NCBI GenBank assembly: GCA_038087875.1
Contig: CM075997.1
Span: forward strand, 1,800,001 to 1,864,000
Reading direction: 5' to 3'
Source: Malacoraja senta
Taxonomy: Eukaryota
Length of the DNA stretch: 64,000 nucleotides
The notes under the pieces are model-generated. The model did no database searches and was not told the DNA's origin. It worked only from the letters and a program-made list of their open reading frames with translations. Shown piece by piece: positions 39,520 to 53,436 of this stretch. Both the position numbers and the translations under genes were made by a program. Each line of letters begins with the position of its first letter. Position 1 is the first letter of the stretch.

Positions 39520-39870
39520 TTTTTTAATTTTTTTAATTTTAAAATAGACTTTATTGAAGTATTAAATATATACAATGCAGGAAGTGTGCAAAAAATTCAC
39601 CTGACATTTTTGGAGGCTATACAAACATTCAATACTGTTTACACAAATTTATCCCCCACCCATGCCACTCATGTGGCCCAATGGCGTGGAATCCCTCATA
39701 TTTTTGAGGGGCGTCCCCACCACACCCTGCCCCCGATGTCCAGCTTTGGTGCGTCCCTCAACACGTACTCCTGCAGTCTGCAGCGGGCCAGTCGGCAACA
39801 TTCCCCGACGGACATCTCGCTCCGCTGGGAGGTCAACAACGCTCGGGAAGGCCAAAGAGATCCTCCTTCA
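39520..39870 (-). mobile_element. Tx1/L1-clade LINE 3' end (second copy 45600-45950)
   Basis: Minus frame SLWPSRALL..ECCRLARCRLQEYVLRDA, then AATAAA and an A-rich tail. Confidence 0.55.
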
Positions 39871-40359
39871 GACTGATTGTAGGGGGGGGGGGGAGAAGAA
39901 AGCTGGAAAAGGGGAGCGAAAATACAAAGCGTGGCAGGTTATAGGTCAAAACAGAGGTGGGGGGCAAAGACCCTATAGCGAGCAAGATCGACCATTCAAC
40001 GAAAAAGACGTAGTACGGTCATGGGCAGATTCATGGGTGATTTTCGGCCCCATTTCCGTAACCGGCTTCCGTCTCCGCACCAAAGATCCCGTAGCGGAGC
40101 AAAGATAACTAGCGCGGAGACGGAAGCCGGTTACGGAAACATCCTCGTATAAATAAAAGTTCTTTGGGAAAATCTTCTCCTCATTTTCAGAATTTTAATT
40201 TATTAACACAAACTGTTCCCCCGCAACGTTGATTACACTGCGAGTCGGGTCGGGTCCGGTTACTGAAATGGATGAAAAAAAGGCCCACGTTCCGCTCCGT
40301 TGCGTACTACACGTCAGCCCATTGCATTTAGCAGGAGTGGTCTATCTTGCTCCGCTATA

Positions 40360-40559
40360 NNNNNNNNNNNNNNNNNNNNNNNNNNNNNNNNNNNNNNNNN
40401 NNNNNNNNNNNNNNNNNNNNNNNNNNNNNNNNNNNNNNNNNNNNNNNNNNNNNNNNNNNNNNNNNNNNNNNNNNNNNNNNNNNNNNNNNNNNNNNNNNNN
40501 NNNNNNNNNNNNNNNNNNNNNNNNNNNNNNNNNNNNNNNNNNNNNNNNNNNNNNNNNNN
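40360..40559. other. Assembly gap (200 N)
   Basis: Run of N. Confidence 1.
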
Positions 40560-43500
40560 AGGAGCGGCAGTCGGATCGAACCCAGGTCTCTGGCGCTGTG
40601 AGGGCAGCAACTCCACCGCTGTGCCACCGTACCACACTGTACCTGCCACCGTATTCACTGAAAGTGTCGATACTTGGTATTAGTTTGCTGTCGGTATGGA
40701 TAGATCCTGGGAGGATGTCCACATTTAAAGGGTTTCGTATTTACAGGAGTTCTGGATCAGTTTTGTCTGTATTCAGTTTATTGTCACGTGTAACGAGGTA
40801 CAGTGAAAAGCTTTTGTTGCGTGCTAACCAGTCAGCGGAAAGACAACACATCAAGTCAAGTCAAGAAAGTTTATTGTCATGTGTCCCAGATAGGACAATG
40901 ACATTCTATTGCACTTTATCTGTTATTCATATACATGATCGAGCCATCCACAGTGTACAGATACATGGTAAGGGAATAACGTTTAATGCAAGGTAAAGCC
41001 AGCAAATTCCGATCAAGGATAGTCCGAGGGTCACCGATTGAGGTAGATGGTAGTTCAGGACCGCTCTCTGGTTGTGGTAGGATGGTTCAGTTGCCTGATA
41101 ACAGCTGGGAAGAAACTGACCCTGAATCTGGAGGTGTGTGTGCGTCTGTTTTCACACTTCTGTACCTCTCGCCCGATGGGAGAGGGGGGAAGCGGGAGTG
41201 GCCCGGGGTGAGACTGGTCCTTGATTATGCTGCTGGCCTTGCCGAGGCAGCGTGAGGTGAAGATGGACAACAGCTCAGTGGGATTATAGCTGCCTTTATA
41301 TGGATTTATTGGCAATACATCAGTATTTATACAGCTCTCTGGCAGTGTTTCTGTATTTACAGGGGTTGTGCGGGAGTATGTCATATTTTATGGGGTTCTC
41401 TGCAAGAATGCATCTCTATTTACTGGGGTCTCTCTTTATAGGAGTTCTGAGGGACTGTCTCTATTTAATAGGGATTGGATGAGTGAATGTATTTACAGGG
41501 ATGTCCTGTATTTACAGGGGTTCTGAAGGATTGTATCTCCATTTATAGGGACTGGGGGAGTGTGTCATTGTTTACAGGCGTCTCTGGCAGTGTTTTTCTA
41601 TTTACAGGGAGTCCGTGGGTTTATGAAGATAGATGCAAAGTGCTGGAGTAAATCCTCGGGTCAGGCAGCATCTCTGGATGGAAGGAATGGGTCACAGTTC
41701 ATGTCGATACCCTTCTTCAGACTTCAGGAGGTGCTGCCTGACCCGCTGAGTTACTCCAGCATTTTGTGTCCATCTTCAATGTAAACCAGCATCTGCAGTT
41801 CCTTCCCACACACACGATCTTTGGGATTATGTCCCTATTTCCCTTATCTATACATGTCCCTTATCATGTATCTATACGCTGTAAATGGCCTGATTGTAAT
41901 CGCATATTGTCTTTCCGCTGACTGGATAGCACGCGACAAAAAAGCTTTTCACTGTACCTCGGTACACGCGACAATAAACTAAACTGATCTCATTTATCCC
42001 ATTTAATAGGGACTCTGAGAGTGTGTCAGTAAGTAAGTAAGTAAGTAAGTAAGTTTATTGGCCAAGTATTCACATACAAGGAATTTGCTTTGGTGCTCCG
42101 CCCACAAGTAACAACTATTTAAGATTTAAGAGAGAGGGATTTAAGAGAGAGTTAGATAGAGCTCTAGGGGCTAGTGGAGTCAAGGGATATGGGGAGAAGG
42201 CAGGCACAGGTTATTGATAGGGGACGATCAGCCATGATCGCAATGAATGGCGGTGCAGGCTCGAAGGGCCGAATGGCCTCCTCCTGCACCTAGTTTCTAT
42301 GTTTCTATTTAACATGACATACAGTGACAGTTACGAATGACTCAGAAAACAGTAAACATTAATAATAATAAAACATTAATGATAAAACACCATTGATCAA
42401 GTGTTTGAACCAACTAAATACCATGTCAAAGGGAGTATATGGCATTATATGTACAGGAGTCACTGGCATTCTGTATTGCAAGGCTCTCTTGGATTGCGTA
42501 TATATTTAAAAGTGACTGAGGGTGTGACTATGTTTAAAGGAGTCAATTGTAATGTATTTGTGTTTACAGGAGTTCTGTGCGAATGTGTCTATATTTAAAA
42601 GGGCCTCTGACAGTGGGCGAGGGGGAGAAGTGGGGACTGGACTAGGTAGGTACACAAAAATGCTGGAGAAACTCAGCGGGTGCAGCAGCATCTATGGAGC
42701 GAAGGAAATAGGCAACGTTTCGGGCCGAAACCCTTCTTCAGACTGGGTAGGGGTGGGTGAGAAAGAGGAAGGGGCAAGGTATCCATCAAAGCGGAATTAC
42801 AGCTAAATGTAACGAAAGTCTATTCATCTGCGGGGAGTCGATGCAATGTTGTCCAGTTCGGATATTAATCTCTGTTTAGCTAATGGAATATTCACTCAAA
42901 TACTCAAAGCTGCTGACAATCGAAACAGGGGAGATTGGGGGGCTGTTGTGGTCTAAGTAGCCACTCTGATCACTCAGTCACTCCACACGGGCAGTAAGAG
43001 ACCCGGGTTCGATCCCGACCACGGGCGCTGTCCGTACGGGGGTTTGCACGTTCTCCCCGTGACCTGCGCGGGGTTTTCTCCGGGATCTCCAGTTTCCTCC
43101 CACACTCCAAAGACGTGCGGGTTTGTAGGTTAACAAAAGCGCTGGAGAAACTCAGCGGGTGCAGCAGCATCTATGGAGCGAAGGAAATAGGCAACGGCTT
43201 AGTTTAGTTTAGAGATACAGCAGGGAAACAGGCCCTTCGGCCCACCATGTCCGTGCCGACCAGCGATCACCTGCCCACCAGCTCTATCCCACACTAGGGA
43301 AAGTTTACACTTTTACTGAAACCAATTAACCTACAAACATGGAAGGTTGACAAAATTGCTGGGGAAACTCAGCAGGTGCGGCAGCATCTATGGAGCGAAG
43401 GAAATAGGCAACGTTTCGTCCCGAAACCCTGAAGGAACTGGCAACGTTACGGGACGAAACCCGGAAGGAAATAGGCAACGTTTCGTCCCGAAACCCTGAA

Positions 43501-44563
43501 GGAAATAGGCAATGTTTCGGGATGAAACCCGGAAGGAAATAGGCAACGTTTCGGGACGAAACCCGGAAGGAAATAGGCAACGTTTCGGGCCGAAACCCTG
43601 AAGGAAATAGGCAACATTTCGTCCCGAAACCCTGAAGGAAATAGGCAACGTTTCGGGCCGAAACCCTGAAGGAAATAGGCAACGTTTCGGGCCGAAACCC
43701 GGAAGGGTTTCGTCCCGAAACGTTGCCTATTTCCTTCGCCCCATAGATCTTGCTGCACCCGCTGAGTTTCTCCAGCATTTTTGTCTACCTTCGATTTTCC
43801 AGCATCTGCAGTTCCTTCTTAAAACAGGTATGTAGGTTAGTTGGCCCAGTATACATGTAAAATTGTCCTTAGTGTGTGTAGGATAGTGTAAAACATGCCA
43901 GGCTGAAAGGTAGAGATGGGGAGGGGAGATGGAGTTGAGAAAAGGCAAGAGAAAATCAGGGCTGATGACCATAATGGGGGTGATGTGGTAACAAGAGAAA
44001 CAGAAGGACACAAACTGGTAGGGTGGGTGACGTTTCAGGTCGAGGCAAGGGTCTGGAACCTGAAACGTCACCCATTCCTTCTCTCCAGAGATGCTTCCTG
44101 ACCCGGTGAGTTACTCCGAATGAGACCACACCTGGAGTATTTAAACCGGCATCTACAGTTCTTTCCTGCACATCCTGACCACTTTAGAGACCCAGCGAGC
44201 AACCAGGCCTCTCGGCCCACTGAGTCCACGTCGATCGCCGATCGCCCCCCTACACTCGCAAAACCCTACACCATCGGGACAATGTACAATTTTATCAGAG
44301 CCAATCAACTTAAAAACCTGCACGTCTTTAGAGTGTGGGTGGAAACCGGAGCACCCACGGGTTGGCAGGGAGAACGTACAAACTCCACACAGACAGCAGA
44401 CGTAGTTGGGATCAAACCTGGTTCTCTGGCGCTGCCAGGGAGCAATTCTACCGCTGTGCCACTGTGCCACCTTCTTGTAACAGTTGCAACTCTCATAGCT
44501 GGTCCATATAATACCCAGTCGATTGTTACTGCTGCATGCAATACCGCTCTAACCCAACAGTAA

Positions 44564-45464
44564 AGAGCCTGTCCCACTTTCACGACCTAATTCACGACCT
44601 CTGTCGAGTTTGCCCTTGACTCAGACTCGCAGCATGGTCGTCACGAGGTCGTAGGAGGTCGTAGGTAGGACGTAGCAGGCCGTGAAGAAAGTGAATGGTA
44701 TGTTGGCATTCATAGCGAAAGGATTTGAGTATAGGAGCAGGGAGGTTCTACTGCAGTTGTACAGGGTCTTGGTGAGACCACACCTGGAGTATTGCGTACA
44801 GTTTTGGTCTCCAAATCTGAGGAAAGACATTCTTGCCATAGAGGTTCCTTACAGAGAAGGTTCACCAGATTGATTCCTGGGATGTCAGGACTTTCATATG
44901 AAGAAAGACTGGATAGACTCGGCTTATACTCGCTAGAATTTAGAAGATTGAGGGGGGATCTTATAGAAACTTACAAAATTCTTAAGGGGTTGGACAGGCT
45001 AGATGCAGGAAGATTGTTCCCGATGTTGGGGAAGTCCAGGACAAGGGGTCACAGTTTCAGGATTAAGGGGAAATCCTTTAGGACCGAGATGAGAAAAACA
45101 TTTTTCACACAGAGAGTGGTGAATCTGTGGAATTCTCTGCCACAGAGGGTAGTTGAGGCCAGTTCATTGGCTATATTTAAGAGGGAGTTAGATGTGGCCC
45201 TTGTGGCTAAAGGGATCAGGGGGTATGGAGAGAAGGCAGGTACGGGATACTGAGTTGGATGATCAGCCGTGATCATATTGAATGGCGGTGCAGGCTCGAA
45301 GGGCTGAATGGCCTACTCCTGCACCTATTTTCTATGTTTCTATGTTTCTATGCTGGTCGTAGGTACTCGTGGCATCAAGTAGGTCGGGCGTTTTTCTAGC
45401 CTGATGAAAAATGTCCACGAGTAAAAATGGTCGTGAATTAGGTGGTGAAAGTAGGAAAGGCCTT
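44564..45464. mobile_element. PIF/Harbinger-like MITE with nested CR1 (~44675-45352, +)
   Basis: GCCTGTCCCACTTTCACGACCTAATTCACGACC at left, inverted at right; CR1 ORF 44792-45253 inside. Confidence 0.75.
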
Positions 45465-46046
45465 TACCTCCCTAAGAAGCCTCACGTTATAGAAACTAAT
45501 GCTATAACAGAACAGGCTGTAGAAGCAAAGAACTGCAGTTGTTGGTTAATACACAAAGTGTTGAAGTAACCCTGTGGGCCTGGCAGCATCCCCGGAGAAC
45601 ATTTTTTAATTTTTTTAATTTTAAAATAGACTTTATTGAAGTATTAAATATATACAATGCAGGAAGTGTGCAAAAAATTCACCTGACATTTTTGGAGGCT
45701 ATACAAACATTCAATACTGTTTACACAAATTTATCCCCCACCCATGCCACTCATGTGGCCCAATGGCGTGGAATCCCTCATATTTTTGAGGGGCGTCCCC
45801 ACCACACCCTGCCCCCGATGTCCAGCTTTGGTGCGTCCCTCAACACGTACTCCTGCAGTCTGCAGCGGGCCAGTCGGCAACATTCCCCGACGGACATCTC
45901 GCTCCGCTGGGAGGTCAACAACGCTCGGGAAGGCCAAAGAGATCCTCCTTCAGACTGATTGTAGGGGGGGGGGGGAGAAGAAAGCTGGAAAAGGGGAGCG
46001 AAAATACAAAGCGTGGCAGGTTATAGGTCAAAACAGAGGTGGGGGG

Positions 46047-46451
46047 CAAAGACCCTATAGCGAGCAAGATCGACCATTCAACGAAAAAGACGTAGTACGG
46101 TCATGGGCAGATTCATGGGTGATTTTCGGCCCCATTTCCGTAACCGGCTTCCGTCTCCGCACCAAAGATCCCGTAGCGGAGCAAAGATAACTAGCGCGGA
46201 GACGGAAGCCGGTTACGGAAACATCCTCGTATAAATAAAAGTTCTTTGGGAAAAATCTTCTCCTCATTTTCAGAATTTTAATTTATTAACACAAACTGTT
46301 CCCCCGCAACGTTGATTACACTGCGAGTCGGGTCGGGTCCGGTTACTGAAATGGATGAAAAAAAGGCCCACGTTCCGCTCCGTTGCGTACTACACGTCAG
46401 CCCATTGCATTTAGCAGGAGTGGTCTATCTTGCTCCGCTATAGGATCTTTG
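46047..46451. mobile_element. hAT-like MITE, complete copy
   Basis: CAAAGA..TCTTTG TIRs; 8-bp flanks GTGGGGGG/GTGGGGTT. Confidence 0.75.
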
Positions 46452-47134
46452 GTGGGGTTGATAGGCAGATGATTGGAACAAAGGCCAGAGATAAGAAAGA
46501 AAGGTGTGAGACAGGTTTGAAGAGTTGCGGACTGTAAAGCCAAAGGGAGATAAGTGGGGTGTGGGTGGGGGGGGGGGGGGGGTGGAACAAGCTGTACTTG
46601 CACACAGCACAGATTTAAACAGGTTTTTCTGATCTTAATGCTCATCAGGCAATGTAAACAGTGTTCCCTAATCCATTAATCGGATTATAACAATTTGCAT
46701 TATGGCAGCAGATGTTATAACAGAACTACCTGTACATTTAGTGCAGGAAGGAACTGCAGATGCTGGTTTAAACCGAAGATGGACACAAAATGCTGGAGTA
46801 ACTCAGCGGGACAGGCAGCATCTGTGGAGAAAAAGAATAGGTGGCGTTTCGGGGCGAGACCCTTCTTCAAACTAAAGAACGGGTGTCGACCGGAAACATC
46901 ACCTATTTCTTCTCTCCAGAGATGCTGCCTGACCCGCTGAGTTACTCCAGCATATTGTGTCTGTCTGTACATTTATACTGACTATGCAACATCACAGTAT
47001 GTGTTCATGTGTATCACCATTCTGGCATTACAACATACTTCTGGTTGTCCTGGCATATCCTTAAGGTCAATAACATGTCCATAGTGTGTTAGTGAATCGA
47101 ATCTTCCCGTGCGGACACTGGCTGTTACATCACG

Positions 47135-47795
47135 AGTGTAGTGATGTCACTAGTGTAGTGATGTCACTAGTGTAGTGATGTCACAAGTGTAGTGATGTCA
47201 CCAGTGTAGTGATGTCACTAGTGTAGTGATGTCACTAGTGTAGTGATGTCACTAGTGTAGTGGTGTCACTAGTGTAGTGATGTCATTAGTGTAGTGATGT
47301 CACAAGTGTAGTGATGTCACAAGTGTAGTGATGTCACTAGTGTAGTGATGTCATTAGTGTAGTGATGTCACAAGTGTAGTGATGTCATGAGTGTAGTGAT
47401 GTCACTAGTGTAGTGATGTCACTAGTGTAGTGATGTCATTAGTGTAGTGATGTCACAAGTGTAGTGATGTCACAAGTGTAGTGATGTCACAAGTGTAGTG
47501 ATGTCACTAGTGTAGTGATGTCACCAGTGTAGTGATGTCACTAGTGTAGTGATGTCACTAGTGTAATGATGTCACTAGTGTAGTGATGTCACTAATGTAG
47601 TGATGTCACTAGTGTAGTGATGTCACTAATGTAGTGATGTCACTAGTGTAATGATGTCACTAGTGTAGTGATGTCACTAATGTAGTGATGTCACTAGTGT
47701 AGTGATGTCACTAGTGTAGTGATGTCACTAGTGTAATGATGTCACTAATGTAGTGATGTCACTAGTGTAGTGATGTCACTAGTGTAGTGGTGTCC
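47135..47795 (+). repeat. 17-bp minisatellite TAGTGTAGTGATGTCAC (~39 units)
   Basis: Highly homogeneous tandem array. Confidence 0.95.
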
Positions 47796-48892
47796 ATAGT
47801 GCTGGCTGCCCCTGGTGTGGCCCATATTTGTTCAGTGGGATCTGGGTGTGATCTTGCCAGGAGAGCGGGCTTGCACACTCCCACCCTGTTGTGAGCCGCC
47901 AGACGCAGCCAGCTCGGCGAGCTGCACACATTCCAGTCGCTAGCTATTTTTCCTTTCTATCTTTCCCCGTGCAGCTGTGTAAATATTCTGATGGTGCACC
48001 TCCCCATCTGGCACAGTCAAACGGTCTGCTTTTCCAAATAGGAATTCCTCTCCTGGCCGTCACTGGCACTGAACCATCGACCTCGCGGCATCTTGGCAAT
48101 CGTGCCTTCAATTTCCAATCCCCCACAGCGTTCCTGTCGCACCACACACCCGCCCCTTATGCCCCTCTTTGGAGGGACCGATCTTCTCCTCTATCTAACT
48201 CACGCTGTATCTGTATCTAAATGTTATTCCCTTATCGTGTTTAAGAAAGAACTGCAGATGCTGGAAAAATCGAAGGTAGACAAAAATGCTGGAGAAACTC
48301 AGCGGGTGAGGCAGCATCTATGGAGCGAAGGAATAGGTGACGTTTCGGGTCACCCGAAACGTCACCTATTCCTTCGCTCCATAGATGCTGCCTCACCCGA
48401 AACGTCACCTATTCCTTCGCTCCATCGATGCTGCCTCACCCGCTGAGTTTCTCCAGCATTTTTGTCTACCTGTATTCTAACCCGCACTGTGCAGGTCTGT
48501 AGGTTAATTGGCTTCTGTGAAACACCCCTAGTGTTTTCTGAGTCATTCGCAACTGTCGCTGTGTGTCATGTTGTCACTTGTGGGCGGAGCACCAAGGCAA
48601 ATTCCTTGTATGTGAATACTTGGCCAATAAATAAACTTACTTACTCACTGTAGGAATTGGGTGAGAGAGTGGGATAAGATAGAATCAGTGTGAATGGGTG
48701 ATTGATGGTTGGCGTGGACTCGATGGGCCGAAGGGCCTGTTTCCACGCTTGGAGGAGAGACACAGCGTGGGAAACAGGCCGCTTCGGCCCACCGCGTCCG
48801 CACCGATCTCCAAACTTTAAATAGTGGAGACAGGTAAAACTTCTTCCTGGATCTTGAATCCTTCTCAATCCAGATCTTCTCTGTATTTCCAG

Positions 48893-49137
48893 CCTGCAAG
48901 CCCTACGGAAGGAGAAGTCTCGCAATGCGGCCCGATTCCGGCGTGGCAAGGAGAACTTTGAGTTTTACGAGTTGGCAAAGATGCTGCCCTTGCCAGGGGC
49001 GATCACCAGCCAACTGGACAAGGCCTCCATCATCCGGCTGACCATCAGCTACCTCCGCATGCGGGACTTTGTCAACCTGGGGGACCCCCCGTGGAACTTG
49101 CGGATCGAGGGGCCCCCACCCAACATATCCGTTAAAG
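48893..49137 (+). CDS. NPAS1: NPAS1 bHLH exon: [81 protein letters not shown]
   Basis: Class I bHLH-PAS bHLH signature; TTTCCAG|C acceptor and AAG|GTAAGG donor; 245 nt; RNAAR and LPLPGAI are NPAS1-type residues. Confidence 0.92.
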
Positions 49138-49461
49138 GTAAGGCCATGGAGCGCTGGTCCAATTCCTGAGATACTTGTGCTTCTGATACTTATCTTCTGC
49201 ACGGAATGGATTGCGACTATTTCTATTTCCTAAGAAAGCTGGAGAAACTCAGCGGGATCTCAGTAACAGCCATGATCACAGTGAATGGCAGTGTTGGCTC
49301 GAAGGGCTGAATGGCCTACTCCTGCACCTATTGTCTATTGTCTATTGTCTATTGGGACAGGCAGCATCTCTGCAGAGAAGGAATGGCTGATGGTTCAGGT
49401 CGGGACCCCTTCTTCAGACATGCACTAGTTCATAAACTAATTGGCTTCTGTAAATTGTCCC

Positions 49462-49484
49462 GTGTGTGTGTGTGTGTGCGTGTG

Positions 49485-49517
<33 letters not shown>

Positions 49518-49553
49518 ATGCGTGTGCGTGTGCGTGTGCACGTGCGCATGTTC

Positions 49554-49584
<31 letters not shown>

Positions 49585-49657
49585 TGCGTGTGCGCGTGCG
49601 CGTGTGCGTGTGCGTGTGCACGTGCGCGTGTGCGTGTGTGCATGTGTGTGTGTGTGC

Positions 49658-49703
<46 letters not shown>

Positions 49704-49710
49704 GTGTGTG

Positions 49711-49749
<39 letters not shown>

Positions 49750-49842
49750 CTGTGTGTGTGTGTGCGCGTGTGCGTGTGCGTGTGCACGTGCGCGTGTGCG
49801 TGTGTGCGTGTGTGTGTGTGTGTGTGCGTGTGTGTGTGTGTG

Positions 49843-49897
<55 letters not shown>

Positions 49898-49960
49898 CTG
49901 TGTGTGTGCGTGTGCATGTGTGTGTGTGTGTGCATGTGTGTGTGCGTGTGTGTGTGTGTG
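49462..49960 (+). repeat. (GT)n/(GC) microsatellite expanded inside an HE1 SINE tail
   Basis: Alternating purine-pyrimidine tract between AAATTGTCCC and GGGGATCG SINE segments. Confidence 0.95.
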
Positions 49961-50053
49961 ATTGAACTAAGGTGCGGGGATCGCCGGTCGGTGCGGATTC
50001 GGTGGGCCGAAGGGCCTGTTTCCGCGCTGTATCTCTGAACTAAACATCTATTG

Positions 50054-50342
50054 CAGGATTCGGCAAGCTACGGCCCACAGGCCGAATCCGGCCCATGACC
50101 CAGAATCATCCGGCCCGCAGGCGTTTTTTTTTCCAATTCGTTTTCGCAACCTGGGCGCTACAGCCAGTCCCGGGGCACGCAGGCGAGCTGACCTGGGAAC
50201 TGCAGAAAGCTAATTGAAAAACACGTGAAAACTAATGCGAAAAAACAACCCCTAGTGTCACACTGTGGCGATAGACGCGGCCCGCCATCCGCTCACAGGC
50301 ATGGGTCCTGGCCCCGAAGCAGAACAAGGCTTCCCACCCCTG
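50054..50342. mobile_element. hAT (Charlie-like) MITE
   Basis: CAGG..GGCAAGCTACGGCCC..GGCC start, ..CCCACCCCTG end, 8-bp flanks ATCTATTG/ATCCATCG. Confidence 0.55.
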
Positions 50343-51274
50343 ATCCATCGATTCGAGCCCCAGGATATTCTGTGATGGGGGACAAAAAGTTGTTTTGTTT
50401 TATGGGGGATTTCCTGCACCTTTTGCAACATGGATGAGGTGGAAGGGTTGATAGGTGGAAGGATAGCAGAAGTGAAAAGCAATCACTTACAATTCAATTT
50501 GGGCAGCACTCCATTTTAATACCTCTGGAGCAAAACCAATAATAAATCACACTTTTGATGAGCTGCCTCTTGTACTGAGATCAGAAATAACACGTGTGAA
50601 TGAGTAAGCAGCTGGCAGTAGCCATCGGTCTGGCAAAATTAGGTACGATTTACTGTGCTTTTCAACACTGCCTGAGGGAAAAATACCTGGAGCTTTTCCT
50701 CCAAAAATGCTGACACTGTTCTTTTTTATTTGGACCTTTGGGTTGAAAATGGCCTGGGTTCAAATTACAGATACAATGTGGAAAACAGGCCCTTCGGCCC
50801 GCCGAGTCCGTGCCGGCCTGCGATCGCCCGTGCACTAGTCCGATCCTACACACACACAAGGGGCGGAACTTTTTTGCACATCTGTCATTCACTGTTCTAT
50901 ATCACTCTTACATCATCGTCTGTATCTCTCATTTCCCTTATCCACAACCAGTCTGAAGAAGGGTCTCGACCCGAAACGTCACCCATTCCTTCTCTCCAGA
51001 GACGCTGCCCGTCCCGCTGAGTTACTCCAGCATTTTGCGTCTATCTTCGGTTTAAACCTGCATCTGCAGTTCCTTCTTATACACCCGGATAACGCGTGGA
51101 ACAATGATAGATAACTATTTGCCCCAATTTTCCCTTCTTTAGAAGAGCAGAAAGGAAGGTGTCCGTTAAATCTTTCATCCAAAAGAAATTAGACACTTAG
51201 GGCCTTACCCAGCTGAGACAAAAACACACAGTGCTGGAGTAATTCAACGGGTCAGGCAGCATCTCTGGAGAACA

Positions 51275-51677
51275 GGGTGGAGTTGCTGCCTTACAGCGAA
51301 TGCAGCGCCGGAGACCCGGGTTCGATCCCCACTGCGGGTGCTGTCTGTACGGAGTTTACACGTTCTCCCCGTGACCCGCGTGGGTTTTCTCCGAGATCAT
51401 CCGTTTCCTCCCACGCTCCAAAGACGTACAGGTTTACATTCTATCTTTGTCCCGCCCCCCTCCCCTGACATCAGTCTGAAGAAGGGTCTCGACCCGAAAC
51501 GTCACCCATTCCTTCTCCAAAGTCGTGCTGGTTTGTTGGTTAATTGGCTCGGTAAATGTAAAAATTGACCCTAGTGTGTGTAGGATGGTGTTAGTGTGCG
51601 GGGATCGCTGGTCGGCGCGGACTCGGTGGGCCGAAGGGCCTGTTTCCGTGCTGTATCTCTAAACTGAACTGAACTAA
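51275..51677 (+). mobile_element. HE1-type SINE containing a Penelope hammerhead module (~51437-51516)
   Basis: Same SINE/Penelope junction as at ~5035. Confidence 0.75.
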
Positions 51678-51794
51678 GCATAGGTGACGCTTCGGGTCAG
51701 GACCTTTCTTCAGACTGACTGTAGGGGGAAAGATGCGGCATTAGGCAAAATCCCACATTATGCAGGTTGTTTACCTCTGTGTTCCCAGTTAGGC

Positions 51795-52720
<926 letters not shown>

Positions 52721-53436
52721 GTCTCCACTGAACAAGATGGACAGTGTCTGTTTAACATATAATTAGGCATAATTGCATGAAAAAGCCCAAAAAAGATGGA
52801 GTGGGTGGAGAGCTCATTGAGGCTGTGTTGGTTAATGATAGCCCTGAACAACAGCTTTTAATTGCCTAAGGATACAGCTATTAGGAGAGTTATGTACTGT
52901 AAACACACAGCTGTGGTGTTTCCATATGCAAATTCCGAACATGCAATTAAAGAGGAATGTAAGGGAGCGAGCAGCCTGATTCACAGCGCTGCCTTCACTC
53001 CTCGCACCAAGATAACAATCTGGCAGCCCCAACTCTGGCCCGTCTAGCCAGTCCACTCCATGCCCCCACCCTCTGCCCGCCGGCAACAATGGGCGCAGCG
53101 GTAGAGTTGCCGCCTAACAGCGAATGCAGCCCCGGAGACCCAGGTTCCATCCCGACTACGGGTGCTGTCTCTACGGAGTTTGCACGTTCTCCCCGTGACC
53201 TGCGTGGGTTCACTCCGAGATCTTCGGTTTCCTCCCGCACCCCAAAGACGTGCAGGTTTGTAGGTTAATTGGCTTGGTATTAATGTAAAAATTGTCCCTC
53301 GTGGGTGTAGGAGAGTGTTAGAGTGCGGGGATCGCTGGTCGGCGTGGACCCGATGGGCCGAAGGGCCTGTTTCCGCTCTGTATCTCTAAACTAAACTAAA
53401 CTAAACTAAATTGGCATAACTCCAGTGTGTTGCAGA

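Larger units (their letters stand above)
36057..46442 (+). repeat. Direct duplication flanking a gap: copy A 36057-40359, copy B 40560-46442
   Basis: Near-identical sequence that begins and ends exactly at the gap edges; differs by SNVs and indels. Confidence 0.95.

Noticed and set aside
48972..49169. ORF-track 65-aa protein as a standalone gene
   Set aside because: It is the internal part of a spliced exon; true bounds are 48893-49137
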